Assembly: GCA_965240325.2 (NCBI GenBank)
Contig: OZ251225.1
Span: 2,480,001-2,544,000 of the forward strand
From: Rebecca billardiae RCC1528
Taxonomy: Eukaryota > Protista > Haptophyta
Length of the DNA: 64,000 nt
Direction of reading: 5' to 3'
In this document: positions 50,544 to 62,109 of the stretch, one piece after another
How the letters are laid out: each line of letters begins with the position of its first letter
How positions within the stretch are numbered: position 1 is the stretch's first letter
The notes under the pieces: generated by a model
Seen by the model: the letters and a program-made list of their open reading frames with translations, nothing else
Database searches by the model: none
Told to the model about the DNA's origin: nothing
Made by a program: the position numbers and the translations under genes

Positions 50544-51127
50544 ATTATGTCATTGCTGATTGTGTCGCTCGGAGAGTCGGAGGGACGCTAATTTGGGCGC
50601 CCATTATTGCTGATTGTGTCGCTCGGAGGGCGGCTAATTTGGGCGCCCACTACAGTAGGACTCTCTCTCAGTCTGTACAGTAACCAACTTGGGTGCACCA
50701 ATAGGTCCCTTGAAAGGCCTGGGCTGTCCTTTCGTCCTTTCACGTTCGTCGTCTTGATGAATGATGACACCTCTTGATATACAACATCTCAGGCTCGATA
50801 AAACCGAACTTGAACATCACGACCGAAATCCGTTGAGTAACACCGGTCCGGCTGGTCAGGAGGGTGTGCTCCCTGTCAACCGACTACGGCCGCGGGCGGC
50901 GGCGCCGGCGGGGGCCGGGCGCGGGCCCCGGCCGGGGCGGGCCGGCGCCCGCCAGCGCGGCCCAGCCGCCAGCCGCCGGCCGTCGCGGGTCTGCTTAGAG
51001 TCTGCGGCGCTCCGACATCAGACCGTTACAGTGCTGACGCGGCGCGTCGCCCGCGGCGGCGACCGGCGCGCGGCCGCGCGCCGCGGCGCGGCGGCCGCTG
51101 CGTGCACCGCGCTGGCAGTAGGCGTCG

Positions 51128-51552
51128 GACTGTCAACCGGGCTGTCACTTGTCAGCCGACGGCTGACAGCTGGCTGACACGTGTCAGCCTGTCAGGCGTG
51201 CCGGCGAGTGCGGTCAGCTGACAGTGTCAGCCTGTCAGGCGTGAGGCGAGATGGGCCGCCTGACAGTGTCAGGTCGCAGGTGGGTCACCTGACAGTGTCA
51301 GGCGGCCACCTGACAGTGACACTGTCAGGCAGTCAGGCGACTCTGCCTGTCAGTCAGCTGACAGGTGTCAGGTGATTGTCAGGCGAGGCCTGACATGTCA
51401 GGTGAACTGCCCTGCCGTCCGGGTCCGGAGCACGGGGCAGGCCCGACCAGCTGCTACGGACAATAACTACGGTGCTACCAGCGGCTGAGACTGCCCGGCC
51501 AGCTGACATCCGGACCTGCACCCTCGCCCTCGCTCGGGGCACAGCTGACAGC
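51128..51552. repeat. Dense cluster of TGACA/TGTCA motifs, many as palindromes
   Basis: CTGACAGTGTCAG at ~51218, 51260 and 51289, plus CTGACACGTGTCAG and CTGACATGTCAG. Roughly 25 half-sites in ~420 bp. Confidence 0.85.
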
Positions 51553-51798
51553 AGGTCCAGTGCGTGATGCGAGCTGCGCAGCGCAGGTGGATCGCGCTCC
51601 AGCAGCTGCCAGCTCGAGGCCGCGGCTCAATCAAGCCCTTCGATCGCGGTGCAGGCTATGCTCTGGGCACCACCAACGCCGAGTTCGCGCTGTCCGGACG
51701 ATCGGGCTCTGCTTAAACTGCCGCTGACGAATCCGAGGAGACCTGCCTGCGTCGTCCTACCTAGTTACCTGTCTGGTCGGTAAATCACTATATATATA

Positions 51799-52227
51799 GG
51801 CGCGCTCACTCTCCAAGCCCCTCTTCTGCAGCTGCGCGCCGCTTGCGGCCGGCGCGCGGCGACGCGACACGCGTACTACGACCTCGTCATCCTCATCCAG
51901 GCGCCCACGCGGGCGCACGTGGGCGACAGCCGCGGCTGCCGCTTGCCGGAGCTACTCGCCGCTAGGTCGGCGGGCGGCGACATCGACTACGACCTCACCC
52001 TCATCCAAGTGCTCCGGAAGGCGCTCGGCCGCGGCGGCATCTGCCGTCGCCGCCGCGTGCCCCAGGCCGAGGCGGTGCAGACGGCGGTGCTCCACCCCGG
52101 CCCCGCTCCCGTAGGGGGCAGGGCTGCGGGTGGCGCACTGTCTGACCTGGACGGAAGGCGCGGACGCATTCTATGTGTCTGCTGCACTCTGAGCCTAATG
52201 ACGCTTGTTCGTTGCTGCCACGTCGTT
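51799..52227 (-). mobile_element. Non-autonomous TIR element, arm A (copy A2, inverted)
   Basis: Reverse complement of 10172-10607 with substitutions and indels. Ends ccacgtcgtt. TA runs flank both sides. Confidence 0.7.
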
Positions 52228-52760
52228 GAATATTATATATATATATAATTATTAGTAGTATTGTTTAAATTTCGTGGCACCGCGACTTTATTTACTGTTA
52301 GTCTGATCTGACTATAACAGACGAATCAGTATAGAGTCGTATATCATCATAGCTACTCGGGATGAATAATAAGATGAAGCGAGCCTAGGCTGTCGTATTA
52401 ATAATCGTGGTGCTTCGCCCGCTTATATTAACGCGCCGAACAGCACGCTTAGTGCCCCCCACTTTGCCCCGGGCGCCGTCTTCCAGTTCCGCGTCGCCTC
52501 CTGAGCGCCTAGTGGTCCGTTGTCAGATCAGCACGCAGTCGCATGTGCGCGCCGCCGCTCGATGTCAAGGCACAGGCTTGCTCGGGGCAGACCGCGCGCG
52601 CGTGTGGCGCGCGACTTGGTCGAATCGGGCACTCGTCAGACTTAGCACGCGCGCAGTCAGCCGCCGCTGGGTGTTCACGGTCGTAGCGACCGCATGCTCG
52701 CGCGCGAGGTATCAGGCTGCCCAATGCCTCGTGGGTACTCCGATGTCATCAGCACTCAGA

Positions 52761-54428
52761 TCACAGCTCGTCCTTGTGGTGCCGCGGGTGGACCGGCAGG
52801 CGGTTCCACGGCGCAAACGTGAGCCAGTGCAGGGCTGAGAGCCGCGCCATCTCGGCATCCTCCAGCTGCCACGAGAAGACGTCCGCGTTCTCGACGATGT
52901 GCTCGTGCTTCTCGGAGCGGGTGAGCACCGACACGCCGCTCTGCAACGCCCATTTGATCAGGACCTGCGCCGGCGAGCGGCCGTGCGCCGAGGCGATGTC
53001 GATCACGTGCAAGTCGTCCAGGGGGCTGGCAAGCGCAGGCCACGCGTTGATGGTGGAGTAGCCGGTGAGCTTGATCTCGCGCGCGTACAGCTCGGCAAGG
53101 ACGTCGTCGCCGCCGTAGTTGAAGGACGAGCCCGGCCGGTACACCGAGAACTTGTTCTGCACCACAGCCGGCATCTGCACCGCGTACGCGCGCATCACAT
53201 CGATGTCGCGCGGCATGAAGTTGCTCACGCCGAGGGCGCGGATCTTGCCCTCGGCCTGCGCCTGCTCGAGCCCGGCCCACGTCTGCTGCATGCGCACCGG
53301 GTCGGGGTGGGCGCCGTGCAGCATGTACAGGTCGATGTACGTCGTGTTGAGCCGGCGCATCGAGCCCTCCAGCGCCGCGACCGCCTCCTCCCCGCCGAAC
53401 GACGACTGGTTCGACAGCTTGGTCGCCAGGAACACCTGCTCACGCGGCACGCCCGAATCGCGAAGCGCGGCCGCGACCTGCTCCTCGTTGGCGTAGTTCT
53501 CGGAGGTGTCGATGTGGCGGTAGCCGAGCTCGAGCGCCTGCTTGACGGCGCTGTAGCACGCCGTGCCCGTCAGCGTCCACGTGCCGAAGCCGAGCGCGGG
53601 CATGTGCACGCCGTTCGAGAGCTCCAGCATTGCGGTCGCAGCATCGACCGCGACCGGCGGCTGCGATGGAGGCTGGCGTGGCGGGGGCAGGCTCGGCGGG
53701 CCCCGTGGAGGCGAGCTGGGTGGCGAGGGCGGAGGAGGAGGCTGGCCCGGTGGTGGACTGGGCGGCGGGCTCGGTGGCGGGCTGGGCGGGGCGCCTGGAG
53801 GCACGGGCGGCGTCGACGGCGGCGCATCACCTGGCGGCGGCGGGCTCGGCGGCGGTGGGCTGGGCGGCGGCGGGCTGGGAGGCGGCGGGCTCGGTGGTGG
53901 CGGTGATTGAGGAGGCGTCGGCGGGGATGGCGGCGCACTGGGTGGCGGTGCGACGATCGCCACCACTGCCGCATCGGTGTTGTCGGCCATGCCCGGGAGG
54001 AGATCCATCAGGTTGGGCGGCGCCGTGAGGAGCACGTCTTCAGACGAGTCGAGCGTGGAGTCCAAGCCCTGCTTGGCGAGTGCGCGTGCGAGCTTGGCGT
54101 TGCGGACGGCGAGCAGCGCGGCCTCTGCAAAGTTCTGGTTGTCCTGCGCTGACGAGGTGCACGCGTTGCACGTTGCCCGGCACGCGCTGTTCATGAAGAT
54201 CGGGTTGCTTGTGCACTCGCCCACGGCGGCCCACGACGCGCAGTCCGTGTACGTGTCCATGCAGAAGTTCGTCACATGCTGGCGCAGCTTGGAGGCCGCC
54301 GCTTGCGCGGCGCGTGCGGCATCCCATGCCGGTACGTGCTCGAGAAGGGCCGCCGGCGGCACGGAGGCGTTGACCAGGGTCAGCACGGTGGCGAGGATGA
54401 CAAGCGAGCGGCGGGCGGTGGCCAGCAT
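52761..54428 (-). CDS. Signal peptide + ShK (ShKT) domain + Pro-rich linker + aldo/keto reductase
   Basis: ShKT CMDTYTDCASWAAVGECTSNPIFMNSACRATCNAC. AKR motifs LGFGTW, GYRHIDTSENY (Asp/Tyr), LATK, DLYMLH, IRALGVSNF, SPAQVLIKWALQ. Confidence 0.9.
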   Translation of the reverse strand: MLATARRSLVILATVLTLVNASVPPAALLEHVPAWDAARAAQAAASKLRQHVTNFCMDTYTDCASWAAVGECTSNPIFMNSACRATCNACTSSAQDNQNFAEAALLAVRNAKLARALAKQGLDSTLDSSEDVLLTAPPNLMDLLPGMADNTDAAVVAIVAPPPSAPPSPPTPPQSPPPPSPPPPSPPPPSPPPPSPPPPGDAPPSTPPVPPGAPPSPPPSPPPSPPPGQPPPPPSPPSSPPRGPPSLPPPRQPPSQPPVAVDAATAMLELSNGVHMPALGFGTWTLTGTACYSAVKQALELGYRHIDTSENYANEEQVAAALRDSGVPREQVFLATKLSNQSSFGGEEAVAALEGSMRRLNTTYIDLYMLHGAHPDPVRMQQTWAGLEQAQAEGKIRALGVSNFMPRDIDVMRAYAVQMPAVVQNKFSVYRPGSSFNYGGDDVLAELYAREIKLTGYSTINAWPALASPLDDLHVIDIASAHGRSPAQVLIKWALQSGVSVLTRSEKHEHIVENADVFSWQLEDAEMARLSALHWLTFAPWNRLPVHPRHHKDEL

Positions 54429-55301
54429 CGCGCCTCGTCAGGACGGTCAGGTCGGTCAGGACCCTCGCCCTCCCCGCTCGCTCGGTCGGCACCAGACCAC
54501 CAGTGCGTCGGTGCACCGGGTTCCTGGGCGCGCGTCCGGAACGCGATTCGCGTCGTATTTTTTATTTTTGTCCGGCGCCCGACGCCGGCAATCAAGGCGG
54601 CAACTGGCTCGGGCACTTCGCTGCGCACGTACGCCAGGTCGGCCGGCGGCGCTGTGTGGGCGTGCGAGCCAAGAGGCGCAGCAAGCCCGGAACGGCTGCC
54701 GTACAGGCCGAGCGCGAGCGCCGAGGCGCAGCCGCGGCGCTGGGCTCGCCCTGCCCCGGAGGACCGAGGAGAAGGCGCCCGGCCCGGCAGCGTCGCATCC
54801 TTCATCACTCGGTCTCGGACCGATCAGTCGTCACGCCAGCAGAAACGACCCCGCCACACTATTAAAAACGTTCTGCGCCCAGTTTTGACGACCATTGGGG
54901 ATGATTATATTTAATTCGTATTATTATATATTATTATTGAAACTTCTGCAGGCCGTAGTCGGCAGTGCGCGGCCAGACGGACGGTCGGAGTGCCGCGTGC
55001 TGTCGCTGAGGCTGAGCCCCGTGCCCCGCGGTGGGGCCCCTGACTGCCCTGAGGCTGATGAGTGCCACGGACGCCGGCGGTGCGCGCGCTCTGCTGGGTA
55101 CCGTGACTCAGTTACGACCGTCGTAGCCTGACAGTGGGCAAGTGTGAAGTGACAGTGACGTACAAGCTTATTGCTTCTACTAGTAATAGTTCTAGCAGCT
55201 GATTATTCACTTTCTGATATATATATATATATATGATGATTCGATCATCTGTCGCTCGTCAGCCCAAAAATTTACTCGTTAGTGACAGTAAGTATGAGTA
55301 A

Positions 55302-56699
55302 CTAGTCGTCACAGTCTGAGTCAGACGAATCGCCGACGTCATCTCTGCCGCTGCGCGGCACTGCAACTGGCTGCTGCTGGTCGACGCGGAGGACGCACTC
55401 GCACACTTGGTCGAGCAGCGCCTCGGTCAGGCGCACACAGCAGGGGCCAGACACCTCTGCGAGCAGCCGAGCGGTCGCAGTCGGAGCTCGCAGGGCGTGA
55501 CTCGCACCTGGCACCTGGCCCTTCATCGCCCTGTGGCGACGCCGATGGCCGCGGGTAGAAGGCTGTGCGTCGGCGCGCCCAGCTCGGCTGCCACCAGCGC
55601 TGCGACTCGCAGCCGACCCCGCGACTTCGGCCGCGCACAGCGCGGTGAGAGCATCGGCACTCGAATCGAATGTGGTGGGCGGCGAAGCCGCGGCCGCAGC
55701 CCCTGCGGAGAGTGCCAGTGTGGGTGGCGCGCCGGGCACGGGCGCGGGCGCCGAGCCGAGCTGCGGCTTGCACCACACGTGCACGACGGCATCGCCCGTC
55801 GGGAAAGAGCCAGCAGACGTCCCCACCTTCCTCGGCGCGTAGCCCGGGTGCAGTGCCGGGTCAAAGACCACGCGACCAGCGTACACGAGCGACGGCGCTC
55901 CATCTCGCGCGAGCTGCTCGAGGCCCCACTGGCCAAAGGGCGGCTTGCTCTTGTGCGCGACGTGGACCTCGCCACCGGCCGCCAGCACAGCCGCGGCGCT
56001 CGCAAAGAAGCCGCGCATCAGCGCCTGGTTTGCGCGCATCTCTGCGTTCTGCCCGTCAGCGGAGGCGTCGCCCGACGCGGCCGCGACGCACGGGAAGTTG
56101 AACACGACGCGGTCGAACGGCCCGCCGGCCGGGCGCGTCGCCGACAAGGCCGTCGCGTCGACGCCGTGCTCGACGCGCGCCCCGGCACTCTCGAGGGCGT
56201 GCACCGTCGCGTGGACGGCCGACATCCCGTAAGCGTCCTCGAGCTCCGGCCGCGAGAGGTGCGTCGTGGCCGTGAGTCGGGTGTCGCTCCGGCTGAGTGC
56301 CCGCGCGAGCGCGAGGCTAAAGGTGAGGTCGCCGTCGCCCACAGTGAGCAGGCGCGCGCATCCGGCGTAGAGGCCGCCGTGGCCGGTGTACTGACCGGAG
56401 GCTGCGAGGCTCAGGCGTAGGCACTCCTGGGGCCGCGCATTCTGCCGGAAAGCCGCCTCTGGAGCCGCGTGCAGCCTGGGCGTGACCACGAGCCTGTAGG
56501 CGCACACCGCGCAGCCGGCGTGCGCGCAGCAGAGCGTGTGGCGATGGGCGTGGAGCAAGCCGTCGGCGGTGGGGCGGCAGAGTGCGCGATAGTCCGCCTG
56601 CTCCACCCGTCGCCGGTGCCGCAGCGATCCCTCGCGCAGCGCTGGCAGCGTGGGCACGGCCTTGCGCTTGTGGATGCCCGCGTGGCCCTTCGTCCCCAT
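55302..56699 (-). CDS. BMT5-like (DUF2431) 25S rRNA uridine-N3 methyltransferase family protein
   Basis: LLTVGDGDLTFSLALA, GVDATAL, FDRVVFNFP, NQALMRGFFASA, GEVHVAHK..PF.QW. Confidence 0.82.
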   Translation of the reverse strand: MGTKGHAGIHKRKAVPTLPALREGSLRHRRRVEQADYRALCRPTADGLLHAHRHTLCCAHAGCAVCAYRLVVTPRLHAAPEAAFRQNARPQECLRLSLAASGQYTGHGGLYAGCARLLTVGDGDLTFSLALARALSRSDTRLTATTHLSRPELEDAYGMSAVHATVHALESAGARVEHGVDATALSATRPAGGPFDRVVFNFPCVAAASGDASADGQNAEMRANQALMRGFFASAAAVLAAGGEVHVAHKSKPPFGQWGLEQLARDGAPSLVYAGRVVFDPALHPGYAPRKVGTSAGSFPTGDAVVHVWCKPQLGSAPAPVPGAPPTLALSAGAAAAASPPTTFDSSADALTALCAAEVAGSAASRSAGGSRAGRADAQPSTRGHRRRHRAMKGQVPGASHALRAPTATARLLAEVSGPCCVRLTEALLDQVCECVLRVDQQQPVAVPRSGRDDVGDSSDSDCDD

Positions 56700-56780
56700 C
56701 GTGCGGCGGGCGGGCCCACGAATCACGATCGCCTTTATTATTTGGCTTGTATAATCCGCTCATTAACCGCTATATATATT

Positions 56781-57210
56781 AACGACGTGGTATGCAACGG
56801 GCAAGCGTCAGAGTCAGCAAGCTGTAGTGTCAGCAGATCGAGCAGCAGAGACAAACACCAGGATCAGCGCTCCTCGCCGTCGTCCCCCCCCCCTCGTAGT
56901 CGCCCATCACTCCATCGCCGAGCGGATTGCGGAAGCTCGACGCACCGTCTGGCGTCGACGCGCGCGCGCCACCCGGCCACCGCGGTGGTCGCGGTGCCTG
57001 ACGACGCGTCGTCTCGAAGTAGTCGTCGCATGCAGCGCCCCCGCGGGCGCGTGCCCCCGGGCGCACGTGCGCCATGCGCGCGCGGGCGATGAGCATCTTG
57101 GCCTGGCCACGCAGGCAGCGCATGCCCAGCTCGCGCCGCATGGTGCCGAGCAGCGCGCGCTTGGCGGCGGGGCGCGAGGGCGCGCTGAGGAGTGAGGCGC
57201 GCGACCGCTA
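56781..57210 (+). mobile_element. Non-autonomous TIR element, arm B (copy B1), in (TA)n
   Basis: Begins aacgacgtggtatgcaacgggcaagcgtcag, the same terminus as arm A. Body is homologous to the reverse complement of 60173-60418. TA runs on both sides. Confidence 0.7.
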
Positions 57211-57307
57211 GCTATATATATATATATATTAAATACATATATATATATATACGGCACGGACTGCGTCGTAACGGTCTTCATCAGATGCTGCCGTGGTTCG
57301 ACGAGCG

Positions 57308-59633
57308 TCACATGATCGTGCAGCAGGCGTTCTGCTGCGCCCTCGCCTTTTTGTCGATGCGCACGACGTTGCCCTCCCTGTCAGTCTCGACGTCTTTGAG
57401 GCGGGTCGGCTCACTGATCGGGCATTTGTACCTGCGGCGCGCGCGGCGCGCGGTTGGGGCCAGAGCGAGCGTGCGGCTGAGCGTGCGTGCCGCACGGCCG
57501 CCCGCCACGCGCTGGCGCATGGCGTGGCGCGCCGTCGCGCAGCGTGCGCGCACTCGGGCAGGTCGAGCCCAGCGAACTTCCTCCCGCCCGTCTCATCGGA
57601 GTCCTCGACCTTGACGTACTGGCTGCGCCGCGGCGGGCGCGCGCGCGCGCGCGTGCGCGGTCGGTCGTGAGCGCACGGCGCCGTGACGCCGCGCGGCGAT
57701 GGGTGCGCGTGCGCGCGCCATCTGGCGCGCGCGCGCGCGCGCGCCGCACGCACTCGAACTTGGGGATGATCCAGCGGATGGGCGCGACGAGGTAGACGAT
57801 GAACGCCAGGAGCGAGACGGTGACGAGCAGGTTTCCGAGCATGGAGCCGTGGCCGCCGTGCGGGTTGCCGCCGACGAGCGCGTACTGCACGCAGATGGAC
57901 GCGAAGATGATGCACGCGAGCAGCACCTGGAACGAGTCATTGATCTGCTGGTGCAGCAGCGGCGGCGGGCGGAAGACGCGCAGCAGCGAGTACTTGTTGG
58001 CCCAGTAGGCGATCGCGAGCGACAGCACCGCGATCGGGTACGCGACCGGCAGCGCGGGCCCGTAGATGATGCCGAGCGCAAACGTCTTGCCGATGCCGGC
58101 GTAGAACTCGCCGACCGTCGCGGCCGGCGGCTCGTACAGCTTGTTCATCCGGTCCTGCGTCTTCGCGAACGGCGCGAGGACGTACCGGTTGAGCGCGAGC
58201 TCGGGCGGGAACAGCTTGAGCGGCTCGAGGACGAGCGGGTTGAGCACCATGATGAAGAGCGCCTGGCTCATCACGTTGCCCGCGCTGAACCACTCGTTGC
58301 GGACGGGCTCGACGAAGAGGATCATGAGGCTTTGGTTGAGGATGTACGCGAGCGAGAGCTTGAAGAAGATCGACTCCTCGTACCCCGTGCGCGTGTTCTG
58401 CTTCTCGAATACCGCGAGCCGGTGCACGGCCAGCTTCATCAGCACGTTGACGACCGCGATCACGCCCGCGACGGAGAGCGAGAAGAGCGTGGACATCCGG
58501 GCGAGCCAGACGGGGTCCCACTTGGCATCCTCCGCGGTCTTCGCGTACTTGATGCGCTGGTCGTACTCGTCCAGCTTGCGGTCCTTGTAGTGCGTCACCG
58601 AGACGAGGAAGCCGACCGTGATGCCGAGCAGCACGATCGTCGTGAAGAGCGTGAACAGCGAGCGCGCTCGCACCGACCCTTCGGTGATCTCGAGGTTCTC
58701 CCAGTACACGTCCGACGGCTCGGGCGCCGGGCGGACGAGTAGCTTCTTCCCCTTGTACCGCTGCTCCTCCTTCCCCCAGCACAAGTCCATCAGCCGGAAG
58801 CCGCTCGTCGAGTGCGCGTGCAGGCAGCGGTCCATGGCGGCGCTCGTCTCGAACGTCACAAAGGCCGTGCTCGTCGGCTTCGGCTTGTTCCTCGTGATCT
58901 TGTCGACGACGGCCTGCTTCTCCTCGACGCGCTCTTTCGCCGCCACCACCTTCTTCCCGCCGGAGTGCGTGCGCTCGAGCTCCAGCAGGTCGATCTGCGC
59001 GTCGTCCAGCTCCCCCTTGGCGCGGACATAATCCTCGCACGCGTAGCCGAGCGTGACCGAGTGCACCGGCCCAAACTGCGAGAAGAAGGCGAAGAGCTCC
59101 TCGCCCGAGCGGCCGCGCGAAGGGATTTCGCGCACCTCGAGCGAGAAGTCCGACGTCGTCACGTACCGCTCGTCCAACTCCGCCACCGTGCGCAGCTGCG
59201 CCATCTTGAACACGTAGAGGAAGCCGATGAACATGAGCGTGAGCACCGTCCACAGCACAACCTGCAGGTAGAGCACGCCGCTGCACCAGCCGTGGGGCGT
59301 GGGGTAGCCGTCGGGGCACCAGTTCTCCCACCGGCCGATCGTGATCATCGACGTGTGAGCGTCCGTCGCCGACAGCCCATGCCGCCAATGGTGCAGGACG
59401 TTGAGGCAGGCCATCACAGCGCCGATCACGGACGCGACGCCAAACACCTTCATGCCCATGGTCATCGAGTCGAAGAAGAGCTCGATGCCGATGCCACTCA
59501 GGCCAAAGTCGTGCGGGTCCGCGTTGTACAGGTCCATGAACTCGCCATTGCGGTCCCTGATCCCTGTCTGCTCCTTCGCCAACTCCGCGGCTACCCCTCG
59601 ATTCGGCCCGCCATCACGCGGCACTCTTGACAT
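57308..59633 (-). CDS. OSCA/CSC1/TMEM63-like multi-pass channel; exons 59633-57754, 57622-57554, 57431-57308
   Basis: TSDFSLEVREIP, AFVTFET, APEPSDVYWENL, FEKQNTRT, YWANKYSLLRVFRPP, about 10 hydrophobic helices. GT-AG introns at 57623-57753 and 57432-57553 give the C-terminus ...QQNACCTIM*. Confidence 0.82.
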
Positions 59634-59902
59634 GGCCTCCACCTGAATGGGCAGCCGAGCGTGTCGAGAGGGGAGGGCGGCGCGCATGGGCATGCAGCGG
59701 CGGCACACGCGCCGTTGCGCGCGCGCACAGCCGACCAACCGTCGGCGCGCCAAGGCCGCTGCAGGCGCGCACTCGAAAATCGGGATGATGGGCAGCAGGC
59801 CCGACCGCGAGGGCTGCGCGGCGCCTCTCCACAGAAACCCAATAATGATGACGACGATCCGATGAAACATGAGCCCCCCACGGCTTGCCCGGGCTGCAAG
59901 TG

Positions 59903-60478
59903 GCAAGATATCCGTAACGACGACGTGGTATGCTGCGTATGCAACGGGCAAGCGTCAGGCTCAGAGTGCATCAGACACATCTAGAATGCGTCCGCGCCTT
60001 CCAACCAGGTCAGGCAATGCGCCACCCGCAGCCCTGCCCCTCTTGAGGGAGCAGGGCCGGCCTCGGCCTGGGGCACGCGGCGGCGACGGCAGATATGTGG
60101 CAAGATATGTGATGACATATTTTTTCACATATTCCCAGCGCGAATCTGCGAGGCCGATATTTTTCACATAGCGTACGACGACTACTTCGAGACGACGGCT
60201 GACGACGCGTGGCACCGCGACCACCGCGGTGGCGCGCGCGCGTCGACGCCAGACGGTGCGTCGAGCTTCCGCTCGGCGATGGAGTGATGGGCGACTACGA
60301 GGGGGGGGGGGGGGGGGGACGACGGCGAGGAGCGCTGATCCTGGTGTTTGTCTCTGCTGCTCGATCTGCTGCTACAGCTTGCTGACTCTGACGCCTGCCC
60401 GTTGCATACCACGCCGTTAATATATCTTGCTGACTCTGACGCCTGCCCGTTGCATACCACGTCGTTAATATATCTTGC
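59903..60478. mobile_element. Internally deleted TIR element (MITE-like): arm A left + inverted arm B right, with the right TIR tandemly duplicated (48 bp)
   Basis: Left aacgacgacgtggtatgc...aacgggcaagcgtcagg. Right ctgacgcctgcccgttgcataccacg(c/t)cgtt twice, ending at 60418 and 60466. Confidence 0.7.
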
Positions 60479-61333
60479 AATATCTCACTGGGGCATCCTG
60501 CATCCAGACGCCGCGGACCGCCCGCGGAGCCGCCGTCTACTCGTCCGGCCACGGACGTCCATCCGCGCGCATCGTCTTTGGCTTTGCTCTCACTGCCGAG
60601 CTCGGCTGCGTGCGAGCGCGTGTGGCTCTGCTGCTAAAGATCATGTTCGGCGACTCGCATCAGAAGGCATGCTGCAGGGCTCGCTGATGCTCACGGGTAC
60701 AACAAGCGGCAGCTCTGACGACTGGCTGACGTTGTGAGGAGTAGTGACACGAGGCGTGAGAGTTGGGACTGCGCGCTCGCGGGCGCGCGGGCGGGTCCGC
60801 AATGAACTATGAAGCCGCCAATATTCAGTTCGCCGCCGATATGTAGGCAATATCTGCACTGGTCACTGGAGGCAGGCACATAATCGAATACCATATTTCG
60901 GCCATCTCGAGCACATATCTTGCCAGGGGCAACCCACGGCCGCCTTCTCCCCTCCGCCTGGCCCCCCGGACGGACGGGCGGGCGCGCGGCCCGATCTCCA
61001 GATGCTCGGAAACGGCTGAACGACGGATCGCTCATCGCAGCGCGGCTCCGCGCTCCGGCCCTGCACCGCGGCGGGCCATAACAGAATTACAGTGACAGAA
61101 TTATACCGATAATTTGCTGAGCGGCAGCCGGCAGTGCTGTCTGCTGCCGGTCATTCCGATGCGGAATCCTTGAGGCTCATCATTGGGCATTGCTGTGACC
61201 GCTGCCGCGCCGGAGCCCGCGGATTGCACGCTCGGACCTTGCTCATGCTGGCTCGTCCTCGCGGTCGTTTGGAGCGCGTCGCGGCGTCACATTCGCCCAA
61301 GAGATCCGCGCTCACGTACGCCACCGACGCAGC

Positions 61334-61924
61334 CTACTGTGGCGCGCGGCTCCTCCCAAGCGAGAAGGCGAGACCCGCAGCCAGCGCGAGCATACCGCCG
61401 CCCGCAGCGAGCTGCCATGCTTGTCGGGCGCGCATGCTGTTGGGCGCGACGAAATCGGGCGAGCTCAGGAGATTGCGCAGGGGGACGAACAGCTCGGCGT
61501 CTGGCGTGGCTCGAAGCTCTGCCCATGTGCACCACACCCAGCCCTCACACTTGTGCGGCTCGCAGTTCTTGGGCTCGGCGTTGTGTGGGACGTTCGCGAG
61601 CATAAAGATGGTGACGTAGTGCTTCTGCTCGGCGGGCATCGGGTCGTTGGTGGTGAAGATGTGCTTCGGCTTACCGACGTACAGGCCCGTCTCCTCGATG
61701 ATCTCCCGCTTCGCACACGTGGCGAACGTTTCGCCAAGCTCGAGGTGTCCGCCTGGAAGCGCGAGCATGCCTGCACCATGAGAGCCGCGGCGCTTGCCCA
61801 CGAGCACGCGGCCACGGCTGTCTTGCAGGATCACTGCGACACCGACGCGCACAAAGCCACTCGTCGGCCACTCTGCGAGGTCACCAATGTCCGCGTCCAG
61901 CGAGCCGCGCCGCCGCTGGGTCAT
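61334..61924 (-). CDS. NUDT15/plant NUDX1-like Nudix hydrolase with hydrophobic C-terminal tail
   Basis: VRVGVAV, KRRGSHGAG, Nudix box GGHLELGETFATCAKREIIEETGL, HYVTIFM, EPHKCEGWVW, LFVPL. Confidence 0.9.
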   Translation of the reverse strand: MTQRRRGSLDADIGDLAEWPTSGFVRVGVAVILQDSRGRVLVGKRRGSHGAGMLALPGGHLELGETFATCAKREIIEETGLYVGKPKHIFTTNDPMPAEQKHYVTIFMLANVPHNAEPKNCEPHKCEGWVWCTWAELRATPDAELFVPLRNLLSSPDFVAPNSMRARQAWQLAAGGGMLALAAGLAFSLGRSRAPQ

Positions 61925-62109
61925 CACACTGCCCGGGCAAACGCAGCCAGGCAGCCGCAGCCTCCCTCGCGGTCGGGCAAGCCGAAAGCCTGCCGACCAC
62001 CCTTGCCGTGCCAGCTGCAGGACACCGGCCCGCGTTCGCGAAGGCGCGCGACACGGGCGGACTCGTTCGGACTCGGACGCCCGCCGCCTCGCGGCGCGTA
62101 GCGAGAGAG

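Noticed and set aside
51919-52248. Conserved small ORF ([23 protein letters not shown]), also at 10283-10552
   Set aside because: The similarity comes from the repeat element itself. The copies differ by frame-disrupting indels and show no transposase motif.
59634-59951. N-terminal extension of the 846-aa OSCA ORF
   Set aside because: It begins at a non-ATG codon inside the TIR element. MSRVPRD at 59633 is the more plausible start, and the ORF's Arg-rich tail is intron read-through.
60480-61330. Possible gene between the TIR element and the Nudix gene
   Set aside because: Only short ORFs with no motif or convincing codon bias.
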